Shown piece by piece: positions 49,603 through 60,159 of a stretch of 64,000 nt of DNA. A model generated the notes under the pieces. That model had not been told where the DNA came from and searched no databases. It was given only the letters and a program-made list of their open reading frames with translations. Source of the DNA: Longimicrobiales bacterium (lineage in GTDB: Bacteria > Gemmatimonadota > Gemmatimonadetes > Longimicrobiales > Gaopeijiaceae); assembly GCA_965203485.1 (NCBI GenBank), contig OZ241892.1, positions 288,001 through 352,000 on the forward strand, read 5' to 3'. The first letter of the stretch is position 1. Each line of letters opens with the position of its first letter. Both the position numbers and the translations under genes were made by a program.

Positions 49603-52600
49603 CGCTCCCCGGCCCGGGGTCCGCCACGCGCTCTTCGCCGTTCGTCGCGAGGTTGTCGTGGTGCATGAGGACGTTGAACAGAAGTGCGTAGGATCCGTGC
49701 GTGTGCGAGCGCCAGAACGGATTGAACGAGAAGAGGACCACGTGGCCGTCGCCCAGCGGCACATCCACCAGGGCGGGCGCGCCTGCAAGAGCGGCGCCGT
49801 TCTGCAATCCCCCGCTGACGAGCAGCTCCTCGGCCTTCGCCGCAAAGCGCATGACGATCCGAACGTGGTCCGTTCGCGGCGCGGCCGACGGCCCGCTGCT
49901 GTTCGGGGCCCCGGCCCCCTCCTCTCGGCGCGCCTCCCTGAACTCCGAGACGCCGGCCTGGCCCAGATCGCGGGCCCGCCCCTGGACGATGTCCTCCTCG
50001 TCGGCCCCGCCCCTGCCGGTTCGGCGCTCCGTCGTGTCGCCGGGCCCGCGCCCGCTTGTCGCGCCGCCCCCTCGTCTTCCACCGAAAGGGCCGCCTCCGC
50101 CGATCCCGAAGACGGGGCCGGTGTTGAACGCCACCCCGAGGTCGTCGTAGCCGTAGGCGATCGGGCTGCTCGCGTCCGTCACCCGCGTGGCGAACACGCC
50201 GCCGCGCGCCCACAGGCCGGGCGTGCTGCGGATCGAGACGCCCTCGGCCAAGCCGAAGTGGACGGGCAACCGCGACGCGCCCGCCATCGCCACGAACACC
50301 CCGCCCTCTTCGACGAACCGCTTCAGGTGCAGCACGCCCTCGATCCCCAGCCCGCCCCGCATGTCGTCCGTCGAGTCCTGCCGCCCTATGTTTGGCGTCA
50401 GCTCCGTCGCCTTCCAAGGAACCGGCTTGTCGCCGCGCAGGCCGCGAACCAGCGACATCGCGTCGCCCCGTTGCTGTCCCATCACCAGCACGTCGTAGTC
50501 GCGCCGCAGCTCGGGGTTGTCGCGAACCTCGTGCACGGAGACGTAGTCGTAGGGAATGCCGTACTCGTCCAGCCCCACGCGCAGCCAGCCTTCGTCCTGC
50601 GTGTTCGTCCAGGCGTGCACGACCGCGATCCTCGGCGTGCGCACGGCGTGCACGGGCGCGGACGGCTCTTCGCGAACGCGATGGGCAGTGAAGCCGAATT
50701 CCCGTCCAGCCTCCTCGAGGAGCGCGTGCAGGTCCATGCCGGGGTTGTCCGTCTCGCGAATCACGAACGATCCGGGGCCGAAGGACTGGTCCGCGACTGA
50801 GAACGCCGTCTCGGCGGCCATGACCGCCAGCGAGTCGTGCGCGAAGCGAAACGCCGCGAGCGCGTTGTCCGCATTGTACCCGACCACGTAAGCGCCGCCC
50901 GTTCGTCCTTCGACTCCGCCCGGCGCCGCGACCGCGCCGACCAGGGTCATCTTGGCGTCCAGGATGGCCGTGTCCTCAACGCGCGCGGTCTGCGCGTTGA
51001 ACAATGGACCCAGCGTCCAGCCCACGTCGTCGTAGGGACGCGGGTCGTTGGGATTGTAGTACTGCTTGTCGAGAAGCATGTCCGCGCCGCGCGAGAAGGG
51101 CTGGTCCATGCGGACGACGTAGCTGCCTCGCTCGAACTCGGCGTCGCCCAGCTTGACGTCTTCGTCGGTCCTGTGCACTTCGAACGCGTGCGCGGCCATG
51201 AGTTGCAGCAGCCGCGCCTGCTGGCCGGGCCGGGGGTCGCTTGCGGGCAGGACGTAGGCCGCGGGCCCCTCGTCGCGGGCCTTGGCGACCGAGCGCTGCG
51301 ACTTGCGATAGAAGTTGAGAAGGAACTCCTCGCGGTTCGTCGCCACCTCGTGCATTGCGATCAGCACTGCGCTTTGCTGAAGGTTGACGTTGTTGCGAAT
51401 GCTCCAGACGACTTCTCCGAGAGGCGTGCTGGGCCGGTGCCATTGGCGCTGAACGTTGGACCTCACGATGCGCGTGGACGCGTCGCCCGCGCCTTGCGTC
51501 TCGTAGAAGCGGCCGATGGAATTGCGCATGTGCGCCACCCACATCATGTAGTTCGCGCCCCAGCCGTCGTAGAAGTCGTAGGTGTAGACGCCGGGCACGC
51601 CGAAGGCGGTCATGTCCTGGACCTCCTTGTACGCCAACCGGTTCCATTCGTTTATCACGATGGGGTCGAGCCACGCGTTGTACGGTCCTCGGCCCGTGGA
51701 CGTGTAGAGGTGCGAAGCGGATTCGTGGTGGTCGTGGAAGACGGTCGGACGATGCTCCAGGTACGTGCGGGTCACGGCGCGAGACAGGGCCAGAGACAAG
51801 CCGATGTTGTCGCGGTTGTTGTCGTGGGCGACGTACTTGCCCCAGTACAGCGGCCGCGTGGGAAGGTTGGCGCCCGGGTCCTTGCGCTTGCCCATGTGCA
51901 GGTCCACGACCTTGGCGCGGCCGTCCACTTCCACGACCGGCGTGATCATGTAGATCAGTCCGTCGCGAATCTCCCTCAGGAAGTCGCTTTCGCCTACCGC
52001 GAGCCGGTACGCGAGCTCCATGAACATCTCGGGCGAGCCCGTTTCGGGCGAATGAATGGCGCCCACGGACCAGTAGGCCGCCTTCGCGGATCGGACGATT
52101 CTCTGCGCCTCCTCCGGTGCAGTCTCGCGCGGGTCCGCCAGGGCGCGCAGCGCCGCCTTGTTCGCCTCGAGTTCGGCGACGGACTCCTCCGAGCCCACCA
52201 CGACGAGAATCATCTCGCGCCCTTCTTCCGACTCGCCGATGGTGAACACCTCGACGCGAGGAGAAGCTGCGGCCAGGGCCCGCATGTAGGAGTGGACCTC
52301 CTCCGGATAGCTCAGCACGTCCGGCGCTCCCGCAATGCGCCCGAGATGGTCCAGCGGAGTCGGCGCCGTTTCGCTGGCCGGCAGATGATCCACCAGAGGC
52401 GTGGTGAAGAACGGTTCCGTCGTGGCTTCCGCGATGAGCGAGGTGTAGGTCGTGTCGATCGCCTGTTGCGCCGAAGCGGCTCCGTCGCCGGCGACCGCCG
52501 CCGCCAGTGCAATGCCGAGCGTCCGGCCTGCCGAAAGCGCTCGCCGCCGTTGGCCGTCCTGGGCCGGGCGGCCGAGAATCGTGCGAGGGGGCGCGGGCGG

Positions 52601-52639
52601 AACGGGCGCCCGCCGACTGGAGGACATCATTCTCTTCAT
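49589..52639 (-). CDS. M14 family zinc carboxypeptidase, secreted
   Basis: IGESEEGR, GAIHSPE, HDNNRD, HDHHE. Confidence 0.85.
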   Translation of the reverse strand: MKRMMSSSRRAPVPPAPPRTILGRPAQDGQRRRALSAGRTLGIALAAAVAGDGAASAQQAIDTTYTSLIAEATTEPFFTTPLVDHLPASETAPTPLDHLGRIAGAPDVLSYPEEVHSYMRALAAASPRVEVFTIGESEEGREMILVVVGSEESVAELEANKAALRALADPRETAPEEAQRIVRSAKAAYWSVGAIHSPETGSPEMFMELAYRLAVGESDFLREIRDGLIYMITPVVEVDGRAKVVDLHMGKRKDPGANLPTRPLYWGKYVAHDNNRDNIGLSLALSRAVTRTYLEHRPTVFHDHHESASHLYTSTGRGPYNAWLDPIVINEWNRLAYKEVQDMTAFGVPGVYTYDFYDGWGANYMMWVAHMRNSIGRFYETQGAGDASTRIVRSNVQRQWHRPSTPLGEVVWSIRNNVNLQQSAVLIAMHEVATNREEFLLNFYRKSQRSVAKARDEGPAAYVLPASDPRPGQQARLLQLMAAHAFEVHRTDEDVKLGDAEFERGSYVVRMDQPFSRGADMLLDKQYYNPNDPRPYDDVGWTLGPLFNAQTARVEDTAILDAKMTLVGAVAAPGGVEGRTGGAYVVGYNADNALAAFRFAHDSLAVMAAETAFSVADQSFGPGSFVIRETDNPGMDLHALLEEAGREFGFTAHRVREEPSAPVHAVRTPRIAVVHAWTNTQDEGWLRVGLDEYGIPYDYVSVHEVRDNPELRRDYDVLVMGQQRGDAMSLVRGLRGDKPVPWKATELTPNIGRQDSTDDMRGGLGIEGVLHLKRFVEEGGVFVAMAGASRLPVHFGLAEGVSIRSTPGLWARGGVFATRVTDASSPIAYGYDDLGVAFNTGPVFGIGGGGPFGGRRGGGATSGRGPGDTTERRTGRGGADEEDIVQGRARDLGQAGVSEFREARREEGAGAPNSSGPSAAPRTDHVRIVMRFAAKAEELLVSGGLQNGAALAGAPALVDVPLGDGHVVLFSFNPFWRSHTHGSYALLFNVLMHHDNLATNGEERVADPGPGSDEAR

Positions 52640-55600
52640 CTCCTTGAAGTGCGGACGACGCGCCCGGTCTCGTCCAGGACCAGCACGGGCGACCGGGCGA
52701 TGTCGTTCTTCATGTGCACAGCTTGGCCGCGCCGCACGGCGGCCATGGCGTCCGGCACCGCACCGGCCGTGAACGTCCAGGCGTCCGCCGCGGCCGCATT
52801 GACGGTGTAGCCCAGGTCGGCAAGCGATTCGAGCGTGACCGCGCTCAGAGGATTCGCGGCGTTGTAGTAGATGAAGGCGTTCATCAGTTCGTTGCCGAAC
52901 ACGCCTTGCCGCCAATGGACGTCGCTGGAGCCCGGGATGGCGCGATTGTCCACGGGCACCTTCGCACCTGCCGTGTACGCCGTGCCCCCAGCCGAATCGA
53001 ACGCCGCTCGTGCCCGCGCGCCGGTGAAGTGCGTGTCGGCGTGCGCGCCCGCCGACAGAGAAGGGTTGGCGATAAGGCCGTGCCACATATGGCTGCCGAT
53101 TCCCAGCACATGGCCGATTTCGTGCAAGGTCACGTCGTGCAGGACATCAGCCTGCACGCGATCCAGATCCGCGGAGTCGTAGTAGAAGTAGCCGAAGAGG
53201 GGCAACCCGGTGTCCTCCGGACGACGCACGGCGCACAAGTTGGCTTGAGCCAGCGTTCCGCCGGGCCCGTCGATGTCGCGAACGGTGACGAATGCGACCA
53301 AGTCGTCCAAGTCGGCGAAGACGCGAAAGCGTTGCAAGCAGGCGTCGAACACGAAATCGCTTCTCACCAGCTGGTTCGGGAGGTCGCTCGCGATCGCTTG
53401 CTCCCAGCGCGCGACGGCTTGGCCGAACGATGGGTTGGCGCTGATGCCCATTCCGGTGAAGTCGGCAATGTCTATGTCGTAGCCCGAATCGTCCGGTACG
53501 GCCAGCACGGTCGCCCAAAACGTCTGGGACGCGGTTGCGCCGTCGGCGTCGGATGCGCTGATCCGGATCCTGGCCGATCCCGTCGCCGCCGGATCGACGA
53601 CGATCGTGTCCCGCCGCACGGAAACCCGCGCGACCGTCTGATCGCTGGTTGCGCCCGAGAAGTCGAGCGCATCGCCCTCGGGATCGCTGAACAGGGAGTC
53701 GCCCGCAAGCGCAACCGACGTTCCGCCCACTTGGAGCAGCAGCGTGGGGACGGCCGCGTCCACGCTGGGCGGCTGGTTTACGACCGGCCTCTCGAACGCA
53801 GTCGCCGTGACTTGCACGGACGGGCCGTCGGCGGCGGTCGCGACGAGGCGCTGCTGGCCGAGCGGCTCGCCGAGTATCCAGCGTGTCTGCGCCCGCCCCT
53901 CGGCGCGGGTGCGGTCCGACCCGGGGAACGCCTGGCCGTGGCCGGGCGCCGCCGCGAACGAGACCCGGATGCCCGGGACCGGGCGGCGCGCCGCGTCGAG
54001 GACCACCACCACGACGGGGGCGGGGAGCGAGCCGCCGCGGGGGCCGCCCTGCCGGTCGCCGGACACCACTTCGACGGCGGCGACGGCTTGCTCGGGCGTG
54101 AGCGCGGTGGCGGCGGCGAGGGCGGAGGGGCCGTCGGCGCGGGCGACGGCGGCGGCGAGGGACTGTGGGCCGGGCTGGTCGCCGAGGGTCCAGGCGGTTC
54201 GGGCGATGCCGTCGGCGCCGGTGGCGGCGGAGTCGGGGTCGGCGGAGCCGTGGCCGTCGGCGGTCGCGAAGGCGACGCGGACGCCGGGGACGGGCAGGCC
54301 GGCGTCGTCGAGGACGCGGAAGGCGACGGACAGGGGGAGCGCGGTTCCTTGGCGAGCGCGTTGCTGGTTTCCGGAAGCGACTTCGACGGAGTCGGCGGTC
54401 TGCTCGGGCGTGAGCGCGGTGGCGGCGGCGAGGGCGGAGGGGCCGTCGGCGCGGGCGACGGCGGCGGCGAGGGACTGTGGGCCGGGCTGGTCGCCGAGGG
54501 TCCAGGCGGTTCGGGCGATGCCGTCGGCGCCGGTGGCGGCGGAGTCGGGGTCGGCGGAGCCGTGGCCGTCGGCGGTCGCGAAGGCGACGCGGGCGCCGGG
54601 GACGGGCAGGCCGGCGTCGTCGAGGACGCGGAAGGCGACGGGCAGGGGGAGCGCGGTTCCTTGGCGAGCGCGTTGCTGGTTTCCGGAAGCGACTTCGACG
54701 GAGTCGGCGGTCTGCTCGGGCGTGAGCGCGGTGGCGGCGGCGAGGGCGGAGGGGCCGTCGGCGCGGGCGACGGCGGCGGCGAGGGACTGTGGGCCGGGCT
54801 GGTCGCCGAGGGTCCAGGCGGTTCGGGCGATGCCGTCGGCGCCGGTGGCGGCGGAGTCGGGGTCGGCGGAGCCGTGGCCGTCGGCGGTCGCGAAGGCGAC
54901 GCGGGCGCCGGGGACGGGCAGGCCGGCGTCGTCGAGGACTCGGAAGGCGACGGGCAGGGGGAGCGCGGTTCCTTGGCGAGCGCGTTGCTGGTTTCCGGAA
55001 GCGACTTCGACGGAGTCGGCGGTCTGCTCGGGCGTGAGCGCGGTGGCGGCGGCGAGGGCGGAGGGGCCGTCGGCGCGGGCGACGGCGGCGGCGAGGGACT
55101 GTGGGCCGGGCTGGTCGCCGAGGGTCCAGGCGGTTCGGGCGATGCCGTCGGCGCCGGTGGCGGCGGAGTCGGGGTCGGCGGAGCCGTGGCCGTCGGCGGT
55201 CGCGAAGGCGACGCGGACGCCCTCGACCGGCGAGCCTCGGGCGTCGGCCACGCGCACGGCGACCGAATCGGGAAGCGTCGTGCCCTGGCGCGCCGACTGT
55301 CCGTCGCCCGACGCCACGTCCAGCGACGCGGCCACTTGCACGACCGCGACGGCCGCCGTGGCGGCCAAGCCCTGGAACGACGCCGTGAGAACCGCCGACC
55401 CGTTCCCGACGGCCGTGACCACGCCGCCCGCCGACACCGCGAAGACCGACGGGTCGCCGCTCGCCCACGCGGCCGAACCAGCAAAGGCCGCCCCGTACTG
55501 GTCCACGATCGTCGCGCGAAACACGGCCGTGTCGCCGATCGACGACAGGCTCGCCGTGGCGGGCTCGACGGCCAGCGACTCGGCGCGCGGAGGATCCGGC

Positions 55601-55851
55601 TCGGCGGCCCCGTCTCCGCACGACGCGAGGCCGGCCGGCGCCAGCGCCGCGGCCCAGCGGACACGGGCAAGCCGCCGGCGCCGCAAACAGCCGCATCGCG
55701 GAACTGAGCCCGCCATCGGTGAAGCCCGCCCGGCGCGGATGGCCCTTCCGCACCGAGACCAGCCGTTTCTGCTGCCGGGGGGCCGCCGTTGCTCGTGGAG
55801 CGCCTCCGTGCCGTCGTCGCCGTCGTCGCGGGTGCGGTTCGGCCGCGTCAT
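52636..55851 (-). CDS. Ig-like repeat lipoprotein with C-terminal leishmanolysin-like Zn-peptidase
   Basis: LASC lipobox; 104-aa repeats; LHEIGHVLGIG...HWR...ELM; ATG overlaps the upstream stop. Confidence 0.85.
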   Translation of the reverse strand: MTRPNRTRDDGDDGTEALHEQRRPPGSRNGWSRCGRAIRAGRASPMAGSVPRCGCLRRRRLARVRWAAALAPAGLASCGDGAAEPDPPRAESLAVEPATASLSSIGDTAVFRATIVDQYGAAFAGSAAWASGDPSVFAVSAGGVVTAVGNGSAVLTASFQGLAATAAVAVVQVAASLDVASGDGQSARQGTTLPDSVAVRVADARGSPVEGVRVAFATADGHGSADPDSAATGADGIARTAWTLGDQPGPQSLAAAVARADGPSALAAATALTPEQTADSVEVASGNQQRARQGTALPLPVAFRVLDDAGLPVPGARVAFATADGHGSADPDSAATGADGIARTAWTLGDQPGPQSLAAAVARADGPSALAAATALTPEQTADSVEVASGNQQRARQGTALPLPVAFRVLDDAGLPVPGARVAFATADGHGSADPDSAATGADGIARTAWTLGDQPGPQSLAAAVARADGPSALAAATALTPEQTADSVEVASGNQQRARQGTALPLSVAFRVLDDAGLPVPGVRVAFATADGHGSADPDSAATGADGIARTAWTLGDQPGPQSLAAAVARADGPSALAAATALTPEQAVAAVEVVSGDRQGGPRGGSLPAPVVVVVLDAARRPVPGIRVSFAAAPGHGQAFPGSDRTRAEGRAQTRWILGEPLGQQRLVATAADGPSVQVTATAFERPVVNQPPSVDAAVPTLLLQVGGTSVALAGDSLFSDPEGDALDFSGATSDQTVARVSVRRDTIVVDPAATGSARIRISASDADGATASQTFWATVLAVPDDSGYDIDIADFTGMGISANPSFGQAVARWEQAIASDLPNQLVRSDFVFDACLQRFRVFADLDDLVAFVTVRDIDGPGGTLAQANLCAVRRPEDTGLPLFGYFYYDSADLDRVQADVLHDVTLHEIGHVLGIGSHMWHGLIANPSLSAGAHADTHFTGARARAAFDSAGGTAYTAGAKVPVDNRAIPGSSDVHWRQGVFGNELMNAFIYYNAANPLSAVTLESLADLGYTVNAAAADAWTFTAGAVPDAMAAVRRGQAVHMKNDIARSPVLVLDETGRVVRTSRR
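54089..55221. repeat. About 3.6 near-identical 312-bp tandem repeats (104-aa Ig-like unit)
   Basis: Period 312 seen directly and in off-frame ORFs at 54165/54477/54789/55101. Confidence 0.95.
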
Positions 55852-58568
55852 TGCCGGACCAAGCGAACGATTCGGCCGGCGTCGTCCACGACCAAAATCG
55901 GCCCCGAAGCGATGTGGGCGCCCAGCGGGATCGCTTCGCCCCGGCGAATCGCCGCGGCCGCGTCGAAGGATCGGCCGGACCAAGTCCAGGAATCCGCTTG
56001 GCCGGCGTCCACGGGATACCCGAGGTCCGCAAGCGACTGGATTGTGACGGCGCTCAGCGGCTGCGCTCTGTTCGGGTAGAGGTAGGGACCCATCAACTCG
56101 CCACGAAACACAGAATCCCTCCAATGACTGTTTCTGCCTCCTCCCGCGCCGTTCTGCACAGGCACCTTGGCGCCGGCGTACGCCGTGCCTCCCGCGGCGT
56201 CGAAAGCGGCGCGCGCGGCCGGGCCGGTGAAGTGCGTGTCCGCGTTTGGATTGCTTTCGCTGGACGGATCGACCAAGAAGCCCTTGTAGGCCCACAGCGT
56301 CCCGATCCCCAGGACGTGGCCCAATTCGTGCAACGCCGTGGCATATAGGTCGTCGTGGTCGAGATCCGCCACGTCGAACTCCACCGAGCCAACCAGGGCC
56401 AGGCCGCCGTTGCTGCGTATCAGGCACGGCCCTGCGCGAGCCAGGACGTTCTGCGGCCCGTCGATGTCGCCGACGTAGACGAACACGGCCAAGTCGTCCA
56501 ACTCCGCAAAGACGGCAAAGCGTTGTCCGCAAGCGTCGTACGTCTGGTTCCACACGGCAACGTTCTGCAGATCCCTGGTTACGATCTGCTCCCACCGCCG
56601 ATTCGAGTCCAGCGCGACTTTCGGCAGGTTGCGAGCCGGACCCGAAAAGTCCAGAAAGTCGATGTCGTAGCCGGTGTTGTCCGGGGCCGGCAGCACGGCC
56701 ACCCAGAAGCTCTGCGACACGGCTTCTCCGCTGGGGTCGGAGGCCGACACGACGACCCGGACGGTGCCTCGAGACACAGGCCGAATTGCGATTTCGCTTC
56801 CTTGCACGGATGCGCGTGCGCGTGCCGGGTCGCTCGAGACCGCCGAGTAGCGAAGCACGTCGCCGTCCGCGTCGCTGAAGTGGGCGCTGCCCGCGAGTTC
56901 CACCGTCGCCGCCCCCGTCTGCAGAATCAGCGTCGGAATCTCTTCGCTGGCCACGGGCGGCGTGTTGACCGGCCGCCGAAGCGCGGTGGCCGTCGCATCG
57001 ACCGACGGGCCGCCGGCGACTGAAGCCGTCATGCGCTGCGTGCCCAGCGGTTCGCCGAGAGTCCAGGAGGTCTGAGCGCGGCCCTGGGCGTTGCTGGTAG
57101 CGGTGCGCGGGTCGGCGCGCCCGTGGCCCGAAGCCGTCGCGAAGGACACTTCGGCGTTCGCTGCCGGGTCGCCTGCGCTGTCGAGCAACTGGACCACCAC
57201 GGGCGCGGGAAGCGGCTCGCCCCGGATCGCGCGCTGTTGGTCGCCGGCCGCCACCGAAATGGTCGCCACGGTCTGTTCCGGCGTGAGGGCGGTGGCCGAG
57301 GCCGACGCGGATGGGCCGCCGGCAACGGCAACGGCCGCCGTCAGGCGTTGCGTGCCCGGGCGGTTGCCGAGCGTCCATGTGGTTTGGGCGCGGCCGTCCG
57401 CATCCGTGGTTGCGGTGTCGGGATCGGCGGCGCCGTCGCCTTGGGCCGGCGTGAATGCGACGCGGGCGCCCTCGACCGGTTCGCCGGCGTCGTCGAGCAC
57501 CAGCGCCGCGACGGGGTTCGCAAGCGCCCGCGCTTGCAGCCCGCTCTGCCGGTCGCCGGAGACGATTCGGAGCGCGGCGGCGACCTCTTCGGGAGCTAGC
57601 GCGGTCGCGGCAGCCTGGACCGAAGGGCCGTCGGCCACGACCACGGCGCCCGCGAGGCTTTGGGCGCCTGCGTGGTTGCCGAGCGTCCACATAGTCTGGG
57701 CACGCCCGTCGGCGTCCGTGGTTGCGGTGTCGGGATCGGCGGCGCCGTCGCCTTGGGCGGGCGTGAATGCGACGCGGGCGCCCTCGACCGGTTCGCCGGC
57801 GTCGTCGAGCACCAGCGCCACGACGGGGTTCGCAAGCGCCCGCCCTTGCAGCCCGCTCTGCCGGTCGCCGGAGACGATCCGCACGGAGTCCGCGGTCTCC
57901 TCCGGCGTCAAGGCGGTGGCGGCGACGCGGGCGGATGGCCGTCCGGCGCCTGCGACCGAGGCCGTGAGGCTCTGTGCGCCCGGACGGTCCCCGAGCGTCC
58001 ACGTGGTCCGGGCGCGGCCGCCGGAGTCCGTGGCCACGGAATCGGGATCGACCACCCCGTTCCCGGCGGCCGGAGCGAAGACCACCATCACGTCCTCGAC
58101 CGGAGTCCCTCCGGCGTCGGTCACCTCGACGACCACCGCTTCGGCCAGCGCGAGCCCCTGGCGCGCGGCCTGCCCGTCGCCCGACGCCACGTCCATCGCC
58201 GCCGGCTCCTGCGCCACCACGACGGCGGCCGTGGCACTCAGCCCGGCGAACGAGGCCGTCAGCGTTCCCTGTCCGTTCGCGACCGCCTTCACCACGCCGG
58301 CGCCCGTCGCCGTGAACACGGAAGGTCGGCTGGTCCGCCACTCGACCGCGCCCGCGAACGCGTCCCCGTACTGATCGGTGATGGTCGCCGTGAACACCGC
58401 CGTGTCGCCGATCGAAGCCAACGCGACCGACGACGGCGCGACCGCCAACGACATGGCCTCCGGCGCGGCGGGGCCGTCGTCGCAGGAACCCAGCGACATG
58501 GCCAGCAGAGGTGCCGCACAGCGCCGGGCGACCCGGCGGCGGCTCCCGATTCCACAGCAAGCGAGCAT
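55848..58568 (-). CDS. Ig-like repeat lipoprotein with leishmanolysin-like Zn-peptidase (paralogue)
   Basis: LGSC lipobox; HELGHVLGIG...SHWR...ELM. Confidence 0.85.
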   Translation of the reverse strand: MLACCGIGSRRRVARRCAAPLLAMSLGSCDDGPAAPEAMSLAVAPSSVALASIGDTAVFTATITDQYGDAFAGAVEWRTSRPSVFTATGAGVVKAVANGQGTLTASFAGLSATAAVVVAQEPAAMDVASGDGQAARQGLALAEAVVVEVTDAGGTPVEDVMVVFAPAAGNGVVDPDSVATDSGGRARTTWTLGDRPGAQSLTASVAGAGRPSARVAATALTPEETADSVRIVSGDRQSGLQGRALANPVVALVLDDAGEPVEGARVAFTPAQGDGAADPDTATTDADGRAQTMWTLGNHAGAQSLAGAVVVADGPSVQAAATALAPEEVAAALRIVSGDRQSGLQARALANPVAALVLDDAGEPVEGARVAFTPAQGDGAADPDTATTDADGRAQTTWTLGNRPGTQRLTAAVAVAGGPSASASATALTPEQTVATISVAAGDQQRAIRGEPLPAPVVVQLLDSAGDPAANAEVSFATASGHGRADPRTATSNAQGRAQTSWTLGEPLGTQRMTASVAGGPSVDATATALRRPVNTPPVASEEIPTLILQTGAATVELAGSAHFSDADGDVLRYSAVSSDPARARASVQGSEIAIRPVSRGTVRVVVSASDPSGEAVSQSFWVAVLPAPDNTGYDIDFLDFSGPARNLPKVALDSNRRWEQIVTRDLQNVAVWNQTYDACGQRFAVFAELDDLAVFVYVGDIDGPQNVLARAGPCLIRSNGGLALVGSVEFDVADLDHDDLYATALHELGHVLGIGTLWAYKGFLVDPSSESNPNADTHFTGPAARAAFDAAGGTAYAGAKVPVQNGAGGGRNSHWRDSVFRGELMGPYLYPNRAQPLSAVTIQSLADLGYPVDAGQADSWTWSGRSFDAAAAIRRGEAIPLGAHIASGPILVVDDAGRIVRLVRQ
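57362..57880. repeat. Two near-identical ~205-bp segments with 312-bp period
   Basis: ggttgccgagcgtcca at 57362 and 57674. Confidence 0.85.
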
Positions 58569-58660
58569 TCCGATATCTTATCCGCTGGCCCGTCGGCACG
58601 CGAGACGGCCGGTTTGCTCGAAGCGCCTCGGCGGCGAGTGTGGCAAAGGAGGGCGCGGCA

Positions 58661-59401
58661 ATGCAGCTTGCGATATGGCTGGGTTGCGTCGCGGTGATCG
58701 CCCTGGCGTCGTGCGAGGACGATCCCCCGCCCGCGGCCCAAGAGTCCGTGGTGCTGGTTCACGGCCTCGGGCGCACCGAACGCTCCATGGCCGTGCTCGC
58801 CCAACGCCTTCGCTGGGCCGGCTACGACGTCACCGCGTTCGGCTACGATTCGCGCATGGCCCCTGTCGCGCGCCAAGCCGAAGCCCTTGCGGAGACCGTC
58901 GCCCACTGTTGCCGGGAAGCCGGCCGCTTGCACTTCGTCGGACACTCGCTCGGCGGCATCGTCATTCGGACCTTTCTTGCCGCCAGCCCGCCGGAGTCGC
59001 TCGGCCGGGTCGTCCTCCTGGTGCCGCCCAGCCGAGGCAGCGAGCTGGCCGACTGGCTGCGCGACGTTCCGGTGGCCTCGCACGCGCTGGGCCCCGCCGG
59101 CCGCGCCTTGGGCACGGGAGAGTCCGACGTTCCGGCCACGTTGCCGCCCCCGGCCTACGAAATGGGCATCGTGGCAGGCGACCGAAGCGTCAACCCAATC
59201 GGCTCCGTCTTCATAGAGGGCCCCGACGACGGCATGGTCGCGCTCGACCGAACACGCGTGGACGGCGCGCCCATGATCGTCTTGCCCCGGTCGCACGCCT
59301 TCATCATGAACAGCCGCCATGCCGCGCGGGCCGTGGTCCAGTTTCTCCGGACGGGGGCGTTCGAGACCACACCCGTGACCGCGCCGCCCGACGACCTGTG
59401 A
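58661..59401 (+). CDS. Alpha/beta hydrolase lipoprotein
   Basis: LASC; VLVHGLG; GHSLGG; DDG.V; H. Confidence 0.85.
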   Translation: MQLAIWLGCVAVIALASCEDDPPPAAQESVVLVHGLGRTERSMAVLAQRLRWAGYDVTAFGYDSRMAPVARQAEALAETVAHCCREAGRLHFVGHSLGGIVIRTFLAASPPESLGRVVLLVPPSRGSELADWLRDVPVASHALGPAGRALGTGESDVPATLPPPAYEMGIVAGDRSVNPIGSVFIEGPDDGMVALDRTRVDGAPMIVLPRSHAFIMNSRHAARAVVQFLRTGAFETTPVTAPPDDL

Positions 59402-60054
59402 CCGCGGAGCGCCGCACGGTCCGGCTTCGTCCCATGACGCCGGAGGACTGGCCTTCGGTGGCCGCGATCTACGGCGAGGGCATCGCGACCGGCGACGCCA
59501 CGTTCGAGACGGAGGTTCCGGATTGGGCCGCATGGGACCGCGCGCGCCGCCGCGATTGCAGGATCGTGGCCGAGTTCGGCCGACTCGAAGCGCCGCAACC
59601 CAAGGCTTGGGCCACCAGAGGAGATTCGGGAGTGATGCCCGCTGCGGCGCCATCGAGCCGCGGTGCGGGAAAGGAGCCGGGAGCCGCGGGGCCGGAGAAG
59701 CGTCCAGCGCCCGGGTCGCCGCGAGTCCTCGTCGGCTTTGCGTGCCTGAGCCCGGTCTCGGAGCGGCCCGCGTACGCAGGGGTAGCGGAAGTCATGGTCT
59801 ACGTGACGGCTCTGTGCCGTAGACGGGGGATCGGCGGCAGCCTCCTTCGCGCTCTGGTTCGCGAGGCGGACGGCGCGGGCATATGGACGTTGCAGGCCCA
59901 CGTCTTCCCCGAGAACGAGGCGTCCGTCCGGCTGCACGAGCGCGCCGGCTTCCGCGTGGCGGGCGTTCGCGAGCGCATTGGCCGCGCTTCCGGCGGCCGT
60001 TGGCGGGACACGGTCCTTTTGGAGCGTCGCAGCGATGCGGTCGGCTCGGAGTGA
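59398..60054 (+). CDS. GNAT phosphinothricin-acetyltransferase-like protein with ~50-aa insert
   Basis: IYGEGIATGDATFET, RRRGIG, FPENEAS.RLH..AGFR, WRDTVLLERRS. Confidence 0.85.
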   Translation: MTAERRTVRLRPMTPEDWPSVAAIYGEGIATGDATFETEVPDWAAWDRARRRDCRIVAEFGRLEAPQPKAWATRGDSGVMPAAAPSSRGAGKEPGAAGPEKRPAPGSPRVLVGFACLSPVSERPAYAGVAEVMVYVTALCRRRGIGGSLLRALVREADGAGIWTLQAHVFPENEASVRLHERAGFRVAGVRERIGRASGGRWRDTVLLERRSDAVGSE

Positions 60055-60159
60055 AGTGACGCCTTGCGACGACAGTACTGGTGTCGGCTTGAGTTGGTTG
60101 CTTCGCTTCGACTGGGGCCATGGACTGGACTGAAGTACAGCGTGCTCGTGCGTTGTCCC

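Noticed and set aside
54089..55221. Possible CRISPR or satellite array
   Set aside because: 312-bp coding repeats with no unique spacers
52636..58599. 1987-aa ORF as one giant protein
   Set aside because: The first ~916 codons are an off-frame shadow of 55848-58568; the real start is probably 55851
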